From Phyllobacteriaceae bacterium (GTDB lineage: Bacteria; Pseudomonadota; Alphaproteobacteria; Rhizobiales; Rhizobiaceae), in contig JANMQE010000793.1 of the NCBI GenBank assembly GCA_031370195.1, positions 1-36,941 of the forward strand: a DNA stretch of 36,941 nt, in the 5' to 3' direction. Made by a program: the position numbers and the translations under genes. The stretch's first letter is position 1. Every line of letters begins with the position of its first letter. Under the pieces are notes generated by a model. The model did not search any database and was not told the origin of the DNA. It was given only the letters and a program-made list of their open reading frames with translations. This document shows positions 8,644 to 20,833 of the stretch, one piece after another.

Positions 8644-10851
8644 ATGCGGCGATGCTATTGGCTGCGCATGGGTGATTCAGGCAAAACACTGATAGAAACG
8701 AACGCCACGACGCGTTTGAGCGATGTGATTCTTGCAGCGGCAGGCCGGACTTGGTCGTCCAGACTTGGCGCAAAATTCCATCATCGCGTGCCCGAACTAG
8801 CCATGGCCGCCGCCGCATTGTGTGGCGTCGCGCTGGGCATCTGGATACTCGCCACCACCGATGGCTTTTCGCCGGTCCTGACGTCCATCGCCGTGATTTT
8901 GACGCTCACAACCGCTGCGTTGGCAACGCTCGCAGCATCCGGCTTCCGCGAAGCATCCGGAATCCTCAAACATCTCAGGTTTGAAAACGAACGGATGGCC
9001 GACCGGCTTTGGGAGGCGTCCGAAGGTGAAGAGCGCGCGTCCAGCCTGTTTGACCAGCTTGGCGACCTTGTCGTCATTTGTGATGCACGCCGCACTATCC
9101 TGCACGCCAACGCCAGCTTTTGCAGCGCCGCTGGTCAATCGTTTGAAGAACTGAAAGGCGTGACGCTTCGCGCAGCTGGTGTCGACGTGCCGCGCGGACG
9201 CAATCGCGGCACCTCGATGCCTGTCGATGTGCGCATCGGCAGCCGCTGGTACTCATGGATCGAACTGCCAACATCGACAGGCCAAGACGGCAAGGCCTTC
9301 CGCGCTGTCGCACGCGATATCCACGAGCGCAAAGTCGGCGAAACCCAGCTAATCGAGGCGCGTGAACGCGCAGAAGCGGCCAATCAGGCTAAATCAAGAT
9401 TTCTCGCCACCGTCAGCCACGAAATCCGTACCCCGCTGAACGGCATCAACGGCATGGCAAAATTGCTCGCCGATACCGGCCTCAGCGAAGAACAGCGCAC
9501 TTATGTTCATGCAGTGACCTCATCGGGCAACGCTCTGATGAATCTCATTGAAGACTTGCTGGATTTCTCAAAGATCGAAACCGGAAAGTTCGACCTCCGC
9601 CCGGAAAACGTCGAGGTCCGTCCGTTCTGCGAGAGTCTGGTCGAACTTGTCGCCGCCCGCGCCCATGGCAAAGGCATCGGCATCGCCACGCATATTGGTG
9701 CTGACGTCCCGGTCACAATCGTCTCAGACCCAAACAGGCTGCGCCAGAGCCTGCTCAATCTGCTCGGCAACGCCGTCAAGTTTACCGAAACCGGCGGTGC
9801 GTCGCTGTTGGTAACTGCCCAGCAGGGCTCTGTCCGCTTTCAGGTGAAAGACACTGGCAAAGGCATTGAAGACGACAATATGGCCCGCATTTTCGAAGAA
9901 TTCGAGCAGGTTGAAACCGGAACCACACGAAGCCACGGCGGTGTTGGTCTCGGTCTCTCGATCACCCGTCGCTTGGTAGCCGCCATGGGTGGCAGCTTGG
10001 AGGTCGAAAGCAAAATCGGTTCAGGCTCAAGTTTTACAATAGACCTGCCCAGCCTGTCTCCAAGTCCTGCATCCTCCAAAGCAAAGTTGACCGGCATCCA
10101 ATGCATGATCCGCATGGAATCAGCGTTGGAAGCCGCAGCTCTCGGCCATACCATCGAAACAAACGGCGGAACCGCGACCCGTTGGGACGGCGCTTCAGAG
10201 CCTTGTTCCGCAACGATCCTGCTCTTGGACATGAAATCCGCACGAGCCATGCAGTCAAACGCAAAACTCCAGTGTTTTGCCCGCAGGATCATCCTCATCG
10301 AGCCGGGAGAACGCGGAGCACTGCCTTCCTTCACGGCACTCGGATTTGAGTCCTTTTTGGTGCGCCCGGTTCGCGGCGCAAGTCTGGTGCGCGTCCTTTC
10401 TGGCAAACAAGCAGCCAAACGCGAAGCCAACACCGATGCAGCCGAGGCAAATCAGGACCCGTCGCGCAAACTCTCCGTGCTTGTCGCCGAAGACAATGAA
10501 ATCAATGCTTTGCTGGTAAAGTCCGCCCTGACCCGCGCCGGCCATTCTGTGACGGTCGTCAGCGATGGCCGCTCGGCTGTCGGTGAAGTGTTCAAACCGA
10601 AGCACGCGCCGGATGTAGTGCTGATGGATCTGCACATGCCCATAATGGACGGTCTTGACGCAATTTCCGCAATCAGAACCGCCGAAGACGAAAAAGGTCG
10701 CAAACATGTGCCGATTTTGGCTCTGACGGCGGACGGTCAGATAGGTGTCGAGCAAGCCGTTCGCGCTGTCGGGGGCGACGGCATGATCACCAAGCCGGTC
10801 GATCCGGCACGACTCGTCTTTCTCGTGGAGGAAGCCGCCGCTGCGGCATAG
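8644..10851 (+). CDS. Hybrid sensor histidine kinase / response regulator
   Basis: It has two N-terminal TM helices with a short loop, then a PAS-like segment. The kinase motifs are H-box [14 protein letters not shown]-box [10 protein letters not shown]1 VKDTGKGI and G2 [11 protein letters not shown]-terminal receiver follows ([11 protein letters not shown] ... [13 protein letters not shown] ... ALTAD ... ITKPV). The start is uncertain: ATGs at 8644, 8668 and 8803 are all possible. Confidence 0.9.
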   Translation: MRRCYWLRMGDSGKTLIETNATTRLSDVILAAAGRTWSSRLGAKFHHRVPELAMAAAALCGVALGIWILATTDGFSPVLTSIAVILTLTTAALATLAASGFREASGILKHLRFENERMADRLWEASEGEERASSLFDQLGDLVVICDARRTILHANASFCSAAGQSFEELKGVTLRAAGVDVPRGRNRGTSMPVDVRIGSRWYSWIELPTSTGQDGKAFRAVARDIHERKVGETQLIEARERAEAANQAKSRFLATVSHEIRTPLNGINGMAKLLADTGLSEEQRTYVHAVTSSGNALMNLIEDLLDFSKIETGKFDLRPENVEVRPFCESLVELVAARAHGKGIGIATHIGADVPVTIVSDPNRLRQSLLNLLGNAVKFTETGGASLLVTAQQGSVRFQVKDTGKGIEDDNMARIFEEFEQVETGTTRSHGGVGLGLSITRRLVAAMGGSLEVESKIGSGSSFTIDLPSLSPSPASSKAKLTGIQCMIRMESALEAAALGHTIETNGGTATRWDGASEPCSATILLLDMKSARAMQSNAKLQCFARRIILIEPGERGALPSFTALGFESFLVRPVRGASLVRVLSGKQAAKREANTDAAEANQDPSRKLSVLVAEDNEINALLVKSALTRAGHSVTVVSDGRSAVGEVFKPKHAPDVVLMDLHMPIMDGLDAISAIRTAEDEKGRKHVPILALTADGQIGVEQAVRAVGGDGMITKPVDPARLVFLVEEAAAAA

Positions 10852-10932
10852 GTTACTGCGCGCCTGCGTCATGAAGCTGTAGCATTGCATTGCTACGTTC
10901 CACCTCGTATTTGACCTCGACGGGAGAGTGAC

Positions 10933-11775
10933 ATGACGATGGAACCACGTATCCGTGAGTCGTTTACTGGGTCTCAAACTGGACTTGCTCTTGAGGCAAA
11001 TTTCCAGCCACCCTTGCTCGGTCGCATCGCAAATTTGCAGGTACGTCTTGCAGCCAGCGAATCCGAAATCGGAGCGGCACAGGAACTGCGTTCGAGCGTA
11101 TTTCACGCAGATTGCGAGCACAATTCGAACGGTCGCGATGAAGACCGGTTCGACGCATTTTGCGATCATCTGATTGTCCTGGACATTGATCGCGGAAATG
11201 CAATCGTCGGCACCTATCGGCTGCTGCGAGAAGAATGCGCGGCCAAGGCCGGCGGCTTCTATTCACAAGGCGAGTTCGACATGGCTGCCTTGCGCGCCCG
11301 CATGCCGGATCGGCGCATACTCGAACTCGGCCGCTCCTGTGTCATGCCGCAATATCGCAGCAAGCGAACCGTTGAACTCTTGTGGCAAGGCATCTGGGCC
11401 TATTGCCGCGCTTGGAACATCGACATCATGTGCGGTTGCGCCTCATTCTCAGGCACGGTTGCCGCCGCCCACGCGCTGCCACTCTCGTTCCTGCACCACC
11501 ATGCCCGCGCTGAAGGGCCATGGCTCGTCCAAGCCCATCAAGACATCCGCGTTGACATGGACATGATGCCAATCGAAGCAGTGTCCATGTCAGCCGCACT
11601 CGCTGCCATGCCGCCACTGATCAAAGGCTACCTGCGTGTTGGTGCCAGCTTTGGCGATGGCGCAGTCGTGGATCACGCGTTCGGCACAACGGACGTCTTC
11701 GTGGTGCTGCCAGTCGAGCGGATTGCGACCCGATACGTCTCGCATTTTGGTGTCGATGCCGACAGGTTCATCTGA
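10933..11775 (+). CDS. olsB: GNAT-fold N-acyltransferase of the OlsB (lyso-ornithine lipid synthase, 'hemolysin-like') family
   Basis: The core LELGRSCVMPQYRSKRTVELLWQGIWAY and the C-terminal PPLIKGYLRVGA are typical of this family. From memory, olsB also neighbours mutS/glnD in S. meliloti. A GGGAGAG Shine-Dalgarno sequence precedes the ATG. Confidence 0.7.
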   Translation: MTMEPRIRESFTGSQTGLALEANFQPPLLGRIANLQVRLAASESEIGAAQELRSSVFHADCEHNSNGRDEDRFDAFCDHLIVLDIDRGNAIVGTYRLLREECAAKAGGFYSQGEFDMAALRARMPDRRILELGRSCVMPQYRSKRTVELLWQGIWAYCRAWNIDIMCGCASFSGTVAAAHALPLSFLHHHARAEGPWLVQAHQDIRVDMDMMPIEAVSMSAALAAMPPLIKGYLRVGASFGDGAVVDHAFGTTDVFVVLPVERIATRYVSHFGVDADRFI

Positions 11776-11874
11776 ACCTCTTCCTGTGGATAGCTGATGC
11801 CGTCTTGCAGGAAACCTGCGCAAACTGTTGATTGCTGCTAACAAGACGCAAACACAGAGCGCAGGGACAACAGT

Positions 11875-14601
11875 TTGCAAACCGGGTTTCGTGGACAGGA
11901 AGCATACGATGCTGAAGGCGCTGTTCCTTCAGCCACGCCTATTCGCACCACGCCGATGATGGAACAATACATCGAGATCAAGGCGTCAAACCCTGACTCG
12001 CTGCTCTTTTATCGGATGGGTGACTTTTACGAACTGTTCTTCGATGATGCCATCGAAGCCTCGCGTGCCCTTGGTATCGCGCTAACCAAGCGCGGCAAGC
12101 ATCTTGGCGAAGACATTCCCATGTGCGGAGTGCCAGTGCACGCGGCAGATGATTACCTGCAGAAACTGATCGGTCTGGGCTACCGCGTCGCTGTCTGCGA
12201 ACAGGTGGAAGACCCGGCGGAAGCACGCAAGCGCGGCGCAAAATCCGTCGTCAAGCGCGATGTCGTGCGTCTGGTTACACCCGGCACCATAACCGAGGAA
12301 AAGCTGCTCGCGCCGGGCGAAGCCAACTACCTCATGACGCTGGCTCGTCTGAAGGGCGAGAAAAACGGCTTGGCATTGGCCTGGATCGACATTTCCACCG
12401 GCAGTTTTCGCGTCTCGCCGACGGAAAGTTCACGGCTGGTGCCGGACGTGCTGCGCATTGATCCACGCGAGCTAATCGTATCGGACAGCCTGTTTCGCGA
12501 TCCGGACTTGCGCCCCGCCTTCGATCTCCTGGGCAGGATTGTCCGTGCCGAACCGTCTTCGCTGTTCGACAGCGCCAGCGCCGAAACGCGCCTGCTGCGG
12601 TTCTATAACGTCGCTGCGCTTGACGCATTCGGAACGTTCTCCCGCGCGGAACTCGCGGCGGCATCTGCTGCCATCGCCTACGTCGAGAAAACCCAGATCG
12701 GCAGCCGCCCCCCGCTTTCCAAGCCCGAGCGCGAAGAAAACGGCTCTACTCTGTTCATTGATCCTGCCACCAGAGCCAATCTCGAACTGACCAAGACACT
12801 GTCTGGCGAACGGCAGGGCAGCCTTCTCAAGGCCATTGACCGTACAGTGACAGGCTCTGGCACACGCCTTCTGGCAGAGCGCCTCATGTCGCCGCTGACC
12901 AGCGTTGAAGCGATAGATGCCCGACTGGACACCGTAAGTTTCCTGATGGCCAATGACCGTCTCGCGGAGGGCCTCCGTCACCATTTGCGCCACGCACCCG
13001 ACATGCCGCGCGCCCTGTCACGCATCGCGTTGGATCGGGGCGGACCTCGCGATCTCGACATGATCCGCCGCGGCATTGAAGCGGGTCAGGAGAACGCCAC
13101 TTTACTTAAGACTATTGCGTTGCCCGAGGAACTGCGTCGCGCGTTGACGGCTTTGGAGGCTTTGCCGGTCAAACTGGCCAATGATCTGGCAGGAGCGCTC
13201 GCCGAAGAGTTGCCGCTAATGAAGCGAGATGGCGGATTCGTGCGCAGCGGGTATGACGGTGAGCTCGATTCTCTGCGCGACTTGCGTGACCGGTCGCGCA
13301 AGGTCATTGCCGGCATGGAAAGCGCTTATCAGGACGAGACCGGCATCCGCTCACTGAAAATCCGTCACAACAACATTCTGGGCTTCTACATCGAAGTCAC
13401 GGCCAACCATGCTGCAACGATGAATGGCACGTCTGAAGCCAAGGCCCGCTTCATCCACCGCCAGTCCATGGCCAACGCCATGCGCTTCACCACAACCGAA
13501 CTGGCTGAAATCGAGGAGAAGATCGCCACCGCAGCCGACAAAGCGCTGGTGATTGAGCTCGGCGTCTACGAAGCGCTTGCCGCTGCCTGCGTGGAAAGCG
13601 CCAACGCCGTCCGCGAGGCATCATCGGCATTGGCGGTGATCGATGTCAGCCAGGGTTTTGCGTTGCTGGCCGAAAGCGAAGGCTACTGCCGACCGCGCGT
13701 CGAGGATTCGACCGCTTTCGAGATCGTGCAGGGCCGCCACCCGGTCGTTGAACAGGCCTTGCGCCGCGCCGCTGCCCAGCCGTTTGTTCCCAACGATTGC
13801 AAATTGACGTCAGAAACGGATGCCACCGAAGGCGCAATCTGGCTGCTGACAGGCCCGAACATGGGCGGCAAGTCCACCTTCCTGCGCCAGAACGCCCTGA
13901 TCGCGATACTGGCCCAAACCGGCTCGTTCGTGCCCGCTGGTTCAGCGACCATCGGGGTCATCGACCGCCTCTTCTCGCGTGTCGGTGCGTCAGACGATCT
14001 CGCCCGAGGCCGTTCTACATTCATGGTCGAAATGGTCGAAACCGCCGTCATTCTCAATCAGGCAGGCCCGCGCTCACTTGTCATCCTCGATGAGATCGGT
14101 CGGGGCACGGCAACGTTCGACGGCCTGTCGATTGCGTGGGCATCAGTCGAACATCTGCACGAAGTCAATCGTTGCCGCTCGCTGTTTGCCACCCACTTTC
14201 ACGAGTTGACAGCACTTGCGACCCGCCTCCCGCGCATGGCGAACGTTACCATGCGGGTCAAGGAATGGGACGGCGATGTGGTGTTCCTGCATGAGGTCGC
14301 CAAAGGCTCTGCCGACCGGTCCTATGGTGTGCAGGTTGCGCGTCTGGCCGGGTTGCCGGAGGCTGTGGTCGAGCGTGCCAAGGCGGTGTTGCACCAGCTC
14401 GAGGCCGGCGAGACAGCGGGCAAGGCCGAAAAGCTGATCGACGATCTGCCGCTGTTCTCGGTGGCGGTCCGGCAGGAGCCGCTCAAGAAGGCGAAAGACA
14501 GTCCTGCGCTCACCGAGCTTGCCAAAGTCAATCCGGATGAACTGACACCACGCGAGGCCCTTGAGGCCTTGTACCGGCTGAAAGCGCTTGCCGTAAAGTG
14601 A
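11875..14601 (+). CDS. mutS: DNA mismatch repair protein MutS
   Basis: The N-terminus [11 protein letters not shown]...[17 protein letters not shown], Walker [14 protein letters not shown] and [12 protein letters not shown] are present. The track start at 11875 is TTG and the first in-frame ATG is at 11956. Rhizobial MutS proteins usually carry a short N-terminal extension. Confidence 0.95.
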   Translation: MQTGFRGQEAYDAEGAVPSATPIRTTPMMEQYIEIKASNPDSLLFYRMGDFYELFFDDAIEASRALGIALTKRGKHLGEDIPMCGVPVHAADDYLQKLIGLGYRVAVCEQVEDPAEARKRGAKSVVKRDVVRLVTPGTITEEKLLAPGEANYLMTLARLKGEKNGLALAWIDISTGSFRVSPTESSRLVPDVLRIDPRELIVSDSLFRDPDLRPAFDLLGRIVRAEPSSLFDSASAETRLLRFYNVAALDAFGTFSRAELAAASAAIAYVEKTQIGSRPPLSKPEREENGSTLFIDPATRANLELTKTLSGERQGSLLKAIDRTVTGSGTRLLAERLMSPLTSVEAIDARLDTVSFLMANDRLAEGLRHHLRHAPDMPRALSRIALDRGGPRDLDMIRRGIEAGQENATLLKTIALPEELRRALTALEALPVKLANDLAGALAEELPLMKRDGGFVRSGYDGELDSLRDLRDRSRKVIAGMESAYQDETGIRSLKIRHNNILGFYIEVTANHAATMNGTSEAKARFIHRQSMANAMRFTTTELAEIEEKIATAADKALVIELGVYEALAAACVESANAVREASSALAVIDVSQGFALLAESEGYCRPRVEDSTAFEIVQGRHPVVEQALRRAAAQPFVPNDCKLTSETDATEGAIWLLTGPNMGGKSTFLRQNALIAILAQTGSFVPAGSATIGVIDRLFSRVGASDDLARGRSTFMVEMVETAVILNQAGPRSLVILDEIGRGTATFDGLSIAWASVEHLHEVNRCRSLFATHFHELTALATRLPRMANVTMRVKEWDGDVVFLHEVAKGSADRSYGVQVARLAGLPEAVVERAKAVLHQLEAGETAGKAEKLIDDLPLFSVAVRQEPLKKAKDSPALTELAKVNPDELTPREALEALYRLKALAVK

Positions 14602-14683
14602 CGGCGCAACTCCATCTCACGTGTATCGCAGCCGCGCAAAACCCGTTATACAGCGCGCGATTTGGCGCGGATTGACCATCAGA

Positions 14684-17458
14684 ATGCAGCATGCCCTAAA
14701 GCTTGGCAGGATCATCGACAGCGAAGCGCTTGATGCGTCGTTCGATCAGTTGGCAGCCAAAATTCAATCCGGGATGTCGAAAGACACGCTTCGCCAGCAA
14801 GTCATCGAAATCCTCAAAACCGGGCTTATCGAGGGTCGTCGCAACGCTGAAACCTTGCTGCGCGAAGATGGCAGTGGCGTCGCTTGCGCCAAGCGGCTGT
14901 CAGCTCTGATGGACGCGATCATCAGCGCCCTGTTCCGCTTCGCCTTGGCTCATGTCTATCCATCAAGCAATGCCACAACAGTTGAGCGGATCGCCGTGGT
15001 TGCAGTGGGCGGCTACGGCAGGGGCACATTGGCACCCGGATCTGACATCGACCTTTTGTTCTTGCTTCCTGCAAAACAGAGCCCAAAGACCGGGCAGGTT
15101 GTTGAGTTCATCCTCTATACGCTTTGGGATTTGGGCCTGAAAGTCGGCCACGCAACACGCAGTCTCGAAGACTCAATCCGCATGGCCAAATCTGACATAA
15201 CCGTGCGAACCGCCATCCTTGAAGCACGCTTGATTCTTGGCGACGCGCAGGCGTTCGACACATTGATGAAGCGGTTTGACCAGGAAGTCGTACGAGCCAC
15301 CGGCACCGAATTCATTCATGCAAAGCTTGTCGAACGCGATCAACGTCACGCACGCCAAGGCGAATCCCGTTATCTGGTCGAGCCAAATATCAAGGAAAGC
15401 AAGGGCGGCCTGCGCGATCTGCAAACCCTCTTTTGGATTTCGAAGTATTACTACCGCGTCCAGTCAGGTCAGGAGTTGGTCGCCAAAGGCGTCTTCCAGC
15501 AAGACGAATATGTGCGGTTCAACAAGGCCGAAGATTTCCTGTGGGCCGTGCGTTGCCATTTGCACTTCCACACAGGCAAGGCCGAAGAGCGGCTCTCATT
15601 CGACATCCAGCGCGAAATTTCCCTGCGTCTCGGCTATCGCGAGACTCCAGGCATGTCCGGCGTTGAGCGTTTCATGAAGCACTATTTTCTGGTCGCCAAG
15701 GATGTCGGCGACTTGACCCGCATTCTATGCTCGGCTCTCGAAGAGGTGCAGGCGAAAGACGTGCCGGGACTGAACAGGATATTCTCCGCGTTCGCGCGTC
15801 GCCGCAAGAAAATCTCAGGCTATCCTGATTTCATCATAGAGCATCGCCGCATCAATATTGCCGATGACCAGGCCTTCATCCGCGATCCGGTCAATCTCAT
15901 CCGGCTGTTCCATCTCGTTGACCGGCTCGGGCTCGAGTTCCACCCGGATGCGATGCGCGCAGTCACCCGCTCCCTCCGCCTGATCGGCCCGGAGTTGCGG
16001 CATGATCCGGAAGCCAATCGGCTGTTTGTTGAGATCATGTCGTCCGAAAACAATCCCGAGCTGGCGCTGCGGCGCATGAACGAAGCTGGAGTGCTCGGAC
16101 GCTTTGTGCCCGATTTCGGCAAGATCGTCGCCATGATGCAGTTCAACATGTATCACCACTATACCGTCGACGAGCATCTCCTGCGATGCATCGGCGTCTT
16201 GTCAGGCATAGAAAAGGGCACCATTGCCAAAGACCATCCGCTTGCGGCAACGCTGATGCCCTCGCTCAAATCCGAGCGCAAGCTGCTCTACACCGCGCTT
16301 TTCATTCATGATATCGCCAAAGGCCAGCCAAAAGACCATTCGATGGCCGGCGCAGCAATCGCCCGCAGGGTCGGCCCCCGCTTCGGCCTGACCGTTGGCG
16401 AAACCGAGACTGTTGCCTGGCTTGTCGAAGAACATTTGACAATGAGCATGGTTGCCCAATCGCGTGATCTCAATGACCGCAAGACGATCCTCGATTTTGC
16501 CGAAAAGGTGCAGACACTGGACCGGCTCAAAATGCTGCTGGTTCTGACAGTGTGCGATATCCGCGCGGTCGGCCCGGGCGTGTGGAATGGCTGGAAGGGG
16601 CAGCTTTTGCGCACGCTGTTTTATGAAACCGAATTGTTCCTCACCGGCGGCTTCTCCGAGTTGCCCCGCAAGGAGCGTACCGATCATGCGCGCAAGACAC
16701 TTGAAAACGCGCTGACGACGTGGAGTGAAAAGGAACGCTCGAAACTCGCCGCACTGCATTATCAAAACTATCTTTTGACTGTTTCCCTTGACGATCAGGT
16801 TCGCCATGCCGATTTCGTCCGCCGCGCCAGCAAATCCGGACGCAGGCTTGATACGATGGTCAAGACGCACACGTTTGAAGCCGTCACTGAAATTACGGTG
16901 CTTGCCCCCGATCACCCGCGCCTCCTGTCGATCATCGCCGGTGCCTGCGCTGCCGCAGGTGCCAACATCGTCGATGCCCAGATTTTCACCACCATGGATG
17001 GCCGCGCGCTAGATACGATCCTGATCTCGCGTGAATTCAATCTCGATACCGATGAAACCCGCCGCGCCACCTCCGTCGGCCGCATGATCGAAGACGTGCT
17101 GTCCGGAAAAACGCGACTGCCCGATGTATTGGCAAAACGCGCAAGACCGCGCCGCACAGCCCAGACGTTTCGAATTGAACCAAGGGTGGATGTCAACAAC
17201 ACACTGTCCAACAAGTTCACGGTGATCGAAATCGAAGGCCTTGACCGCCCGGGCCTGTTGTCGGAAATCACGGCGGCGATCTCCGGCCTCAATCTCGATA
17301 TTGCCTCTGCCCATGTTACGACGTTCGGCGAAAAGGTGATCGACGCATTTTACGTCACCGATCTCACGGGTGCCAAGATCACATCGCAGAGCAGGGTCAA
17401 CGCCATCATCAAGAAATTGATGACATTATTACCGCAATCGCAAAGTGTAGCCGCATGA
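14684..17458 (+). CDS. glnD: [Protein-PII] uridylyltransferase / uridylyl-removing enzyme GlnD
   Basis: The nucleotidyltransferase motif is [19 protein letters not shown] and the HD domain shows FIHDIAKG. Two C-terminal ACT-like repeats are present ([15 protein letters not shown]..., [15 protein letters not shown]...). I chose the ATG at 14684; the track start at 14621 is GTG. Confidence 0.93.
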   Translation: MQHALKLGRIIDSEALDASFDQLAAKIQSGMSKDTLRQQVIEILKTGLIEGRRNAETLLREDGSGVACAKRLSALMDAIISALFRFALAHVYPSSNATTVERIAVVAVGGYGRGTLAPGSDIDLLFLLPAKQSPKTGQVVEFILYTLWDLGLKVGHATRSLEDSIRMAKSDITVRTAILEARLILGDAQAFDTLMKRFDQEVVRATGTEFIHAKLVERDQRHARQGESRYLVEPNIKESKGGLRDLQTLFWISKYYYRVQSGQELVAKGVFQQDEYVRFNKAEDFLWAVRCHLHFHTGKAEERLSFDIQREISLRLGYRETPGMSGVERFMKHYFLVAKDVGDLTRILCSALEEVQAKDVPGLNRIFSAFARRRKKISGYPDFIIEHRRINIADDQAFIRDPVNLIRLFHLVDRLGLEFHPDAMRAVTRSLRLIGPELRHDPEANRLFVEIMSSENNPELALRRMNEAGVLGRFVPDFGKIVAMMQFNMYHHYTVDEHLLRCIGVLSGIEKGTIAKDHPLAATLMPSLKSERKLLYTALFIHDIAKGQPKDHSMAGAAIARRVGPRFGLTVGETETVAWLVEEHLTMSMVAQSRDLNDRKTILDFAEKVQTLDRLKMLLVLTVCDIRAVGPGVWNGWKGQLLRTLFYETELFLTGGFSELPRKERTDHARKTLENALTTWSEKERSKLAALHYQNYLLTVSLDDQVRHADFVRRASKSGRRLDTMVKTHTFEAVTEITVLAPDHPRLLSIIAGACAAAGANIVDAQIFTTMDGRALDTILISREFNLDTDETRRATSVGRMIEDVLSGKTRLPDVLAKRARPRRTAQTFRIEPRVDVNNTLSNKFTVIEIEGLDRPGLLSEITAAISGLNLDIASAHVTTFGEKVIDAFYVTDLTGAKITSQSRVNAIIKKLMTLLPQSQSVAA

Positions 17459-17474
17459 TGAACGCAGATCCCTC

Positions 17475-19079
17475 ATGAGTCTGGTCCGGAAATTTGCAAC
17501 GGTTGGCGGCTCAACGTTGATCAGCCGGTTCTTTGGCTTCGCCCGTGAAACATTGATGGCGACGGCGCTCGGTACCGGGCCGATGGCGGATGCATTCTAC
17601 GCCGCATTCCGCTTCCCCAACCTCTTCCGCCGCCTTTTTGCCGAAGGCGCGTTCAACGCAGCATTTGTGCCGCTTTTCGCTCGCGAAATCGAAGAAGGTG
17701 GCATTGATGCAGCGAAACGTTTCTCCGAAGAAGTGTTCGGCGTCCTTTTTACTGTCCTGATGTTGATCACAATCGCGATGGAACTGGCAATGCCACTGAT
17801 CGTTCGTACGATCATTGCGCCGGGCTTTGATACGGCCAGCGACAAGTACGACGTCACGGTGCGGCTGGCGGTCATCATGTTCCCATACCTGATGTGCATG
17901 TCGCTCACGGCCATGTTGTCGGGAATGTTGAACTCGCTGCACCACTTTTTCGCAGCAGCCATCGCGCCAGTGTTCCTGAATGCCACCATGATCAGCGCCT
18001 TGGCATGGTCAATATGGTATTCGGCGGCACCCGAAGTGACGGCAGAATACTTGTCGTGGGCGGTGCTGGTGGCAGGCATTTTGCAAATGGCCGTTCTCTA
18101 CGCGGGCGTGCGCCATGCGGGCATGTCAATAAGCTTCAGGCGCCCACGCCTGACACCAAAAGTCAAGCGGCTGCTGGTCTTGGCAGTTCCCGCAGCTGTC
18201 ACTGGCGGCATCACCCAGATCAACCAGTTGGTTGGCCAAATGATCGCCTCTACCAAGGACGGAGCCATTGCCTCGCTGCAATTTGCCGACCGGATTTATC
18301 AGCTGCCGCTTGGTGTTGTCGGCATAGCCATCGGTGTAGTGCTGCTGCCCGAGTTGTCGCGGGCGCTGCGCAGTGGCAGGGCCGCCGAGGCCGCAAACAT
18401 CCAGAACCGCTCAATGGAGTTCGGCCTGTTCCTGACGCTGCCCGCCGCAGCAGCGATCTGGGTTTTGTCTGATGAAATGATCCGCGTTGTCTATGAGCAT
18501 GGTGCCTTCACATCTGCCATGACATCCAACGTTGCCTCAACGTTGGCGATCTATGGGCTGGGCTTGCCGGGTTTCGTGATGATCAAGGCGCTCAATCCGG
18601 GCTTTTTCGCCCGTGAAGACACCAGAACGCCAATGCGCTTTACCGGCATTGCGGTCGCGATCAACTGCGCGTTGGCTCTCAGCCTGTTTCCGTTCTTCAC
18701 AGAGCGTGGCATCGCAACTGCCGAAGTCGTCTCCGGCTGGGTGACAGTGACGTTGCTGTTCGCGACGCTTTTGAGGCGCGGACATTGGAATTGGGAGAAC
18801 GCTTTCGGCTGGCGGATCGTCCGACTGGTGATCGCAGCCACAGTCATGGCCGCCGTTGTCAACTACGCGTCAAAGCATGCCTCTCCTTGGCTTCAGCCAA
18901 ATTCGTCCATCTGGGATCAGCTGTCAGCGCTTTTTGGCCTTATTTTCCTTTCGATGCTGGTCTACTTCACCACCGCTTTTACCATCGGAGGAGCGAGTCT
19001 GCGGATGATAACCGGCAATCTGAAGCGCAAATCCGGTTCTTCGGCTGAAGCGCCACCACCCCCGGATGGGCTTGAATGA
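17475..19079 (+). CDS. murJ: Lipid II flippase MurJ (MviN)
   Basis: The 534-aa polytopic protein begins ...RFFGFARETLMATALGTGPMADAFYAAFRFPNLFRRLFAEGAFNAAFVP, typical of MurJ. It lies 16 nt downstream of glnD, and a glnD-mviN operon is known in rhizobia. Confidence 0.92.
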   Translation: MSLVRKFATVGGSTLISRFFGFARETLMATALGTGPMADAFYAAFRFPNLFRRLFAEGAFNAAFVPLFAREIEEGGIDAAKRFSEEVFGVLFTVLMLITIAMELAMPLIVRTIIAPGFDTASDKYDVTVRLAVIMFPYLMCMSLTAMLSGMLNSLHHFFAAAIAPVFLNATMISALAWSIWYSAAPEVTAEYLSWAVLVAGILQMAVLYAGVRHAGMSISFRRPRLTPKVKRLLVLAVPAAVTGGITQINQLVGQMIASTKDGAIASLQFADRIYQLPLGVVGIAIGVVLLPELSRALRSGRAAEAANIQNRSMEFGLFLTLPAAAAIWVLSDEMIRVVYEHGAFTSAMTSNVASTLAIYGLGLPGFVMIKALNPGFFAREDTRTPMRFTGIAVAINCALALSLFPFFTERGIATAEVVSGWVTVTLLFATLLRRGHWNWENAFGWRIVRLVIAATVMAAVVNYASKHASPWLQPNSSIWDQLSALFGLIFLSMLVYFTTAFTIGGASLRMITGNLKRKSGSSAEAPPPPDGLE

Positions 19080-19142
19080 ACGGCCCGGCTCGTCCATAAG
19101 CCCCGCTCTATTTCCAGCCCTCCACCAGCTGACGGAACAGTC

Positions 19143-20219
19143 ATGACACACTTCACGCCCCTCGTTTTCTCCGGCGTCCAGCCGACCGGCAACCTGCACC
19201 TCGGCAATTATCTCGGCGCAATCCGCAAATTCGTTGCCCTGCAGCAAAGTCACAATTGCATTTATTGCGTGGTGGACCTGCACGCGATTACCCAATCTGC
19301 CGACGTCTGGGGTGGCCCCGCCGGGCTTGCGCGGTCAACGCGTGAAGTCACGTCCGCTTTTCTCGCTGCCGGCATCGACCCGAAAAAGCACATCGTCTTC
19401 AACCAGAGCCGCGTGCCACAGCACGCCGAGCTTGCCTGGATATTCAATTGCGTCGCCCGCATGGGTTGGTTAAGCCGCATGACACAGTTCAAGGAAAAGG
19501 CTGGCAAGGACCGCGAGAACGCGTCTGTCGGCCTGTTCGCCTATCCGGCGCTCATGGCGGCAGATATTCTGGTCTACCGCGGCACCCACGTGCCGGTCGG
19601 CGATGACCAAAAGCAACATTTGGAACTGGCGCGCGACATCGCCCAGAAGTTCAACAATGACTTTTCGGACCGCATTGCCGAACTTGGCCTCGGCGTGCCA
19701 ATGGAGGTTGGCGACAACATGCTCAGCGGCTACTTCCCGCTGACTGAACCAATCATTGAAGGTCCGGCCACCCGCGTGATGAGCTTGCGTGACGGCCAGA
19801 AGAAAATGTCAAAATCTGACCCTTCAGATCTGTCCCGCATCAACCTGACGGACGATGCGGACACCATTTCCAAAAAAATCCGCAAAGCCAAAACCGACAT
19901 TGAGCCCTTGCCTTCGGACGAAGACGGTCTTGCCTCACGCCCGGAAGCCGACAACCTTGTCGGCATCTATGCTGCCCTGGCCGATATCAGCCGTGAGCAA
20001 GTCATCCGCGACTTTGGCGGCCAGCAGTTTTCGCAATTCAAACCTGCGCTGGCCGATCTTGCGGTCGACAAGCTTGCTCCAATCGCGGCAGAAATGCGCC
20101 GCCTGATCGCCGATCCCGGCCATATCGACGCGGTGCTGAAAGACGGCGGCGAGCGCGCCGGGGTGATTGCGGAAGGCACAATGCGCGATGTGCGTGACAT
20201 CCTTGGCATGCTCCGTTAG
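19143..20219 (+). CDS. trpS: Tryptophan--tRNA ligase
   Basis: The class I motifs are the HIGH-type [10 protein letters not shown] and KMSKS. Confidence 0.95.
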   Translation: MTHFTPLVFSGVQPTGNLHLGNYLGAIRKFVALQQSHNCIYCVVDLHAITQSADVWGGPAGLARSTREVTSAFLAAGIDPKKHIVFNQSRVPQHAELAWIFNCVARMGWLSRMTQFKEKAGKDRENASVGLFAYPALMAADILVYRGTHVPVGDDQKQHLELARDIAQKFNNDFSDRIAELGLGVPMEVGDNMLSGYFPLTEPIIEGPATRVMSLRDGQKKMSKSDPSDLSRINLTDDADTISKKIRKAKTDIEPLPSDEDGLASRPEADNLVGIYAALADISREQVIRDFGGQQFSQFKPALADLAVDKLAPIAAEMRRLIADPGHIDAVLKDGGERAGVIAEGTMRDVRDILGMLR

Positions 20220-20272
20220 CTCGAATTTGCAGGCACCTTGCCCGCCATCAAATTGAATGGCAGATTGATTGC

Positions 20273-20764
20273 ATGGTCTCAAAACGTCTCAGCCGCGAAT
20301 CCGGGCATCGCCGCAAGTTTCTTGCTGTCATTGACGAAACGCCGGAGTGCGAAAGGGCCGTCGCCTATGCCTCAAGGCGTGTCAAATCCACTGGCGGCAC
20401 ACTGGTGTTTTTGTTCGTCATCGAGTCGGGTGATTTCCAGCAATTCATGGGCGTCGAAAAGATCATGCGCGCTGAGGCAATGCAGCGGGCGGAAACAATC
20501 ATCGGCAAACATGCGCAGCGTATGCGCGATCTTTACGAAATCGAGCCCGAAGTAGTCATCCGTGAAGGCACTGTGACTGACGAAATCCACAAACTGATTG
20601 AGTCCGATCAGGACATTGCCATTCTGGTTCTTGGGGCAGGCGGCTCGAAGGAAGGGCCCGGACCTTTGGTTCAAGCCGTCGCTGGGCGCGGCGCAGCGTT
20701 TCCAATTCCAGTCACCATCGTTCCGCACACATTGAGCGACGAAGACATCGAATCCGTGGCTTGA
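20273..20764 (+). CDS. Universal stress protein (UspA family)
   Basis: The 163-aa Usp-like alpha/beta protein shows FLAVIDETPECERAVAYA ... ILVLGAGG. Confidence 0.75.
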   Translation: MVSKRLSRESGHRRKFLAVIDETPECERAVAYASRRVKSTGGTLVFLFVIESGDFQQFMGVEKIMRAEAMQRAETIIGKHAQRMRDLYEIEPEVVIREGTVTDEIHKLIESDQDIAILVLGAGGSKEGPGPLVQAVAGRGAAFPIPVTIVPHTLSDEDIESVA

Positions 20765-20833
20765 AGCGCCGGTCGAACAGGTCTATTTAGGAAGTATTCC
20801 AAACTGACCGCCTTGAACGGCAGGAGAACGATC

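Noticed and set aside
10393-10470. A ShkA-like c-di-GMP 'DDR' linker motif between the pseudo-receiver and the receiver of the hybrid kinase.
   Set aside because: The linker reads [29 protein letters not shown] and contains no DDR or similar motif. Only the domain-architecture analogy remains.
10255-11169. A 304-aa minus-strand ORF bridging the 3' end of the histidine kinase and the 5' end of olsB.
   Set aside because: It overlaps two well-supported plus-strand genes and their intergenic region. It has no recognisable domains or Shine-Dalgarno sequence.
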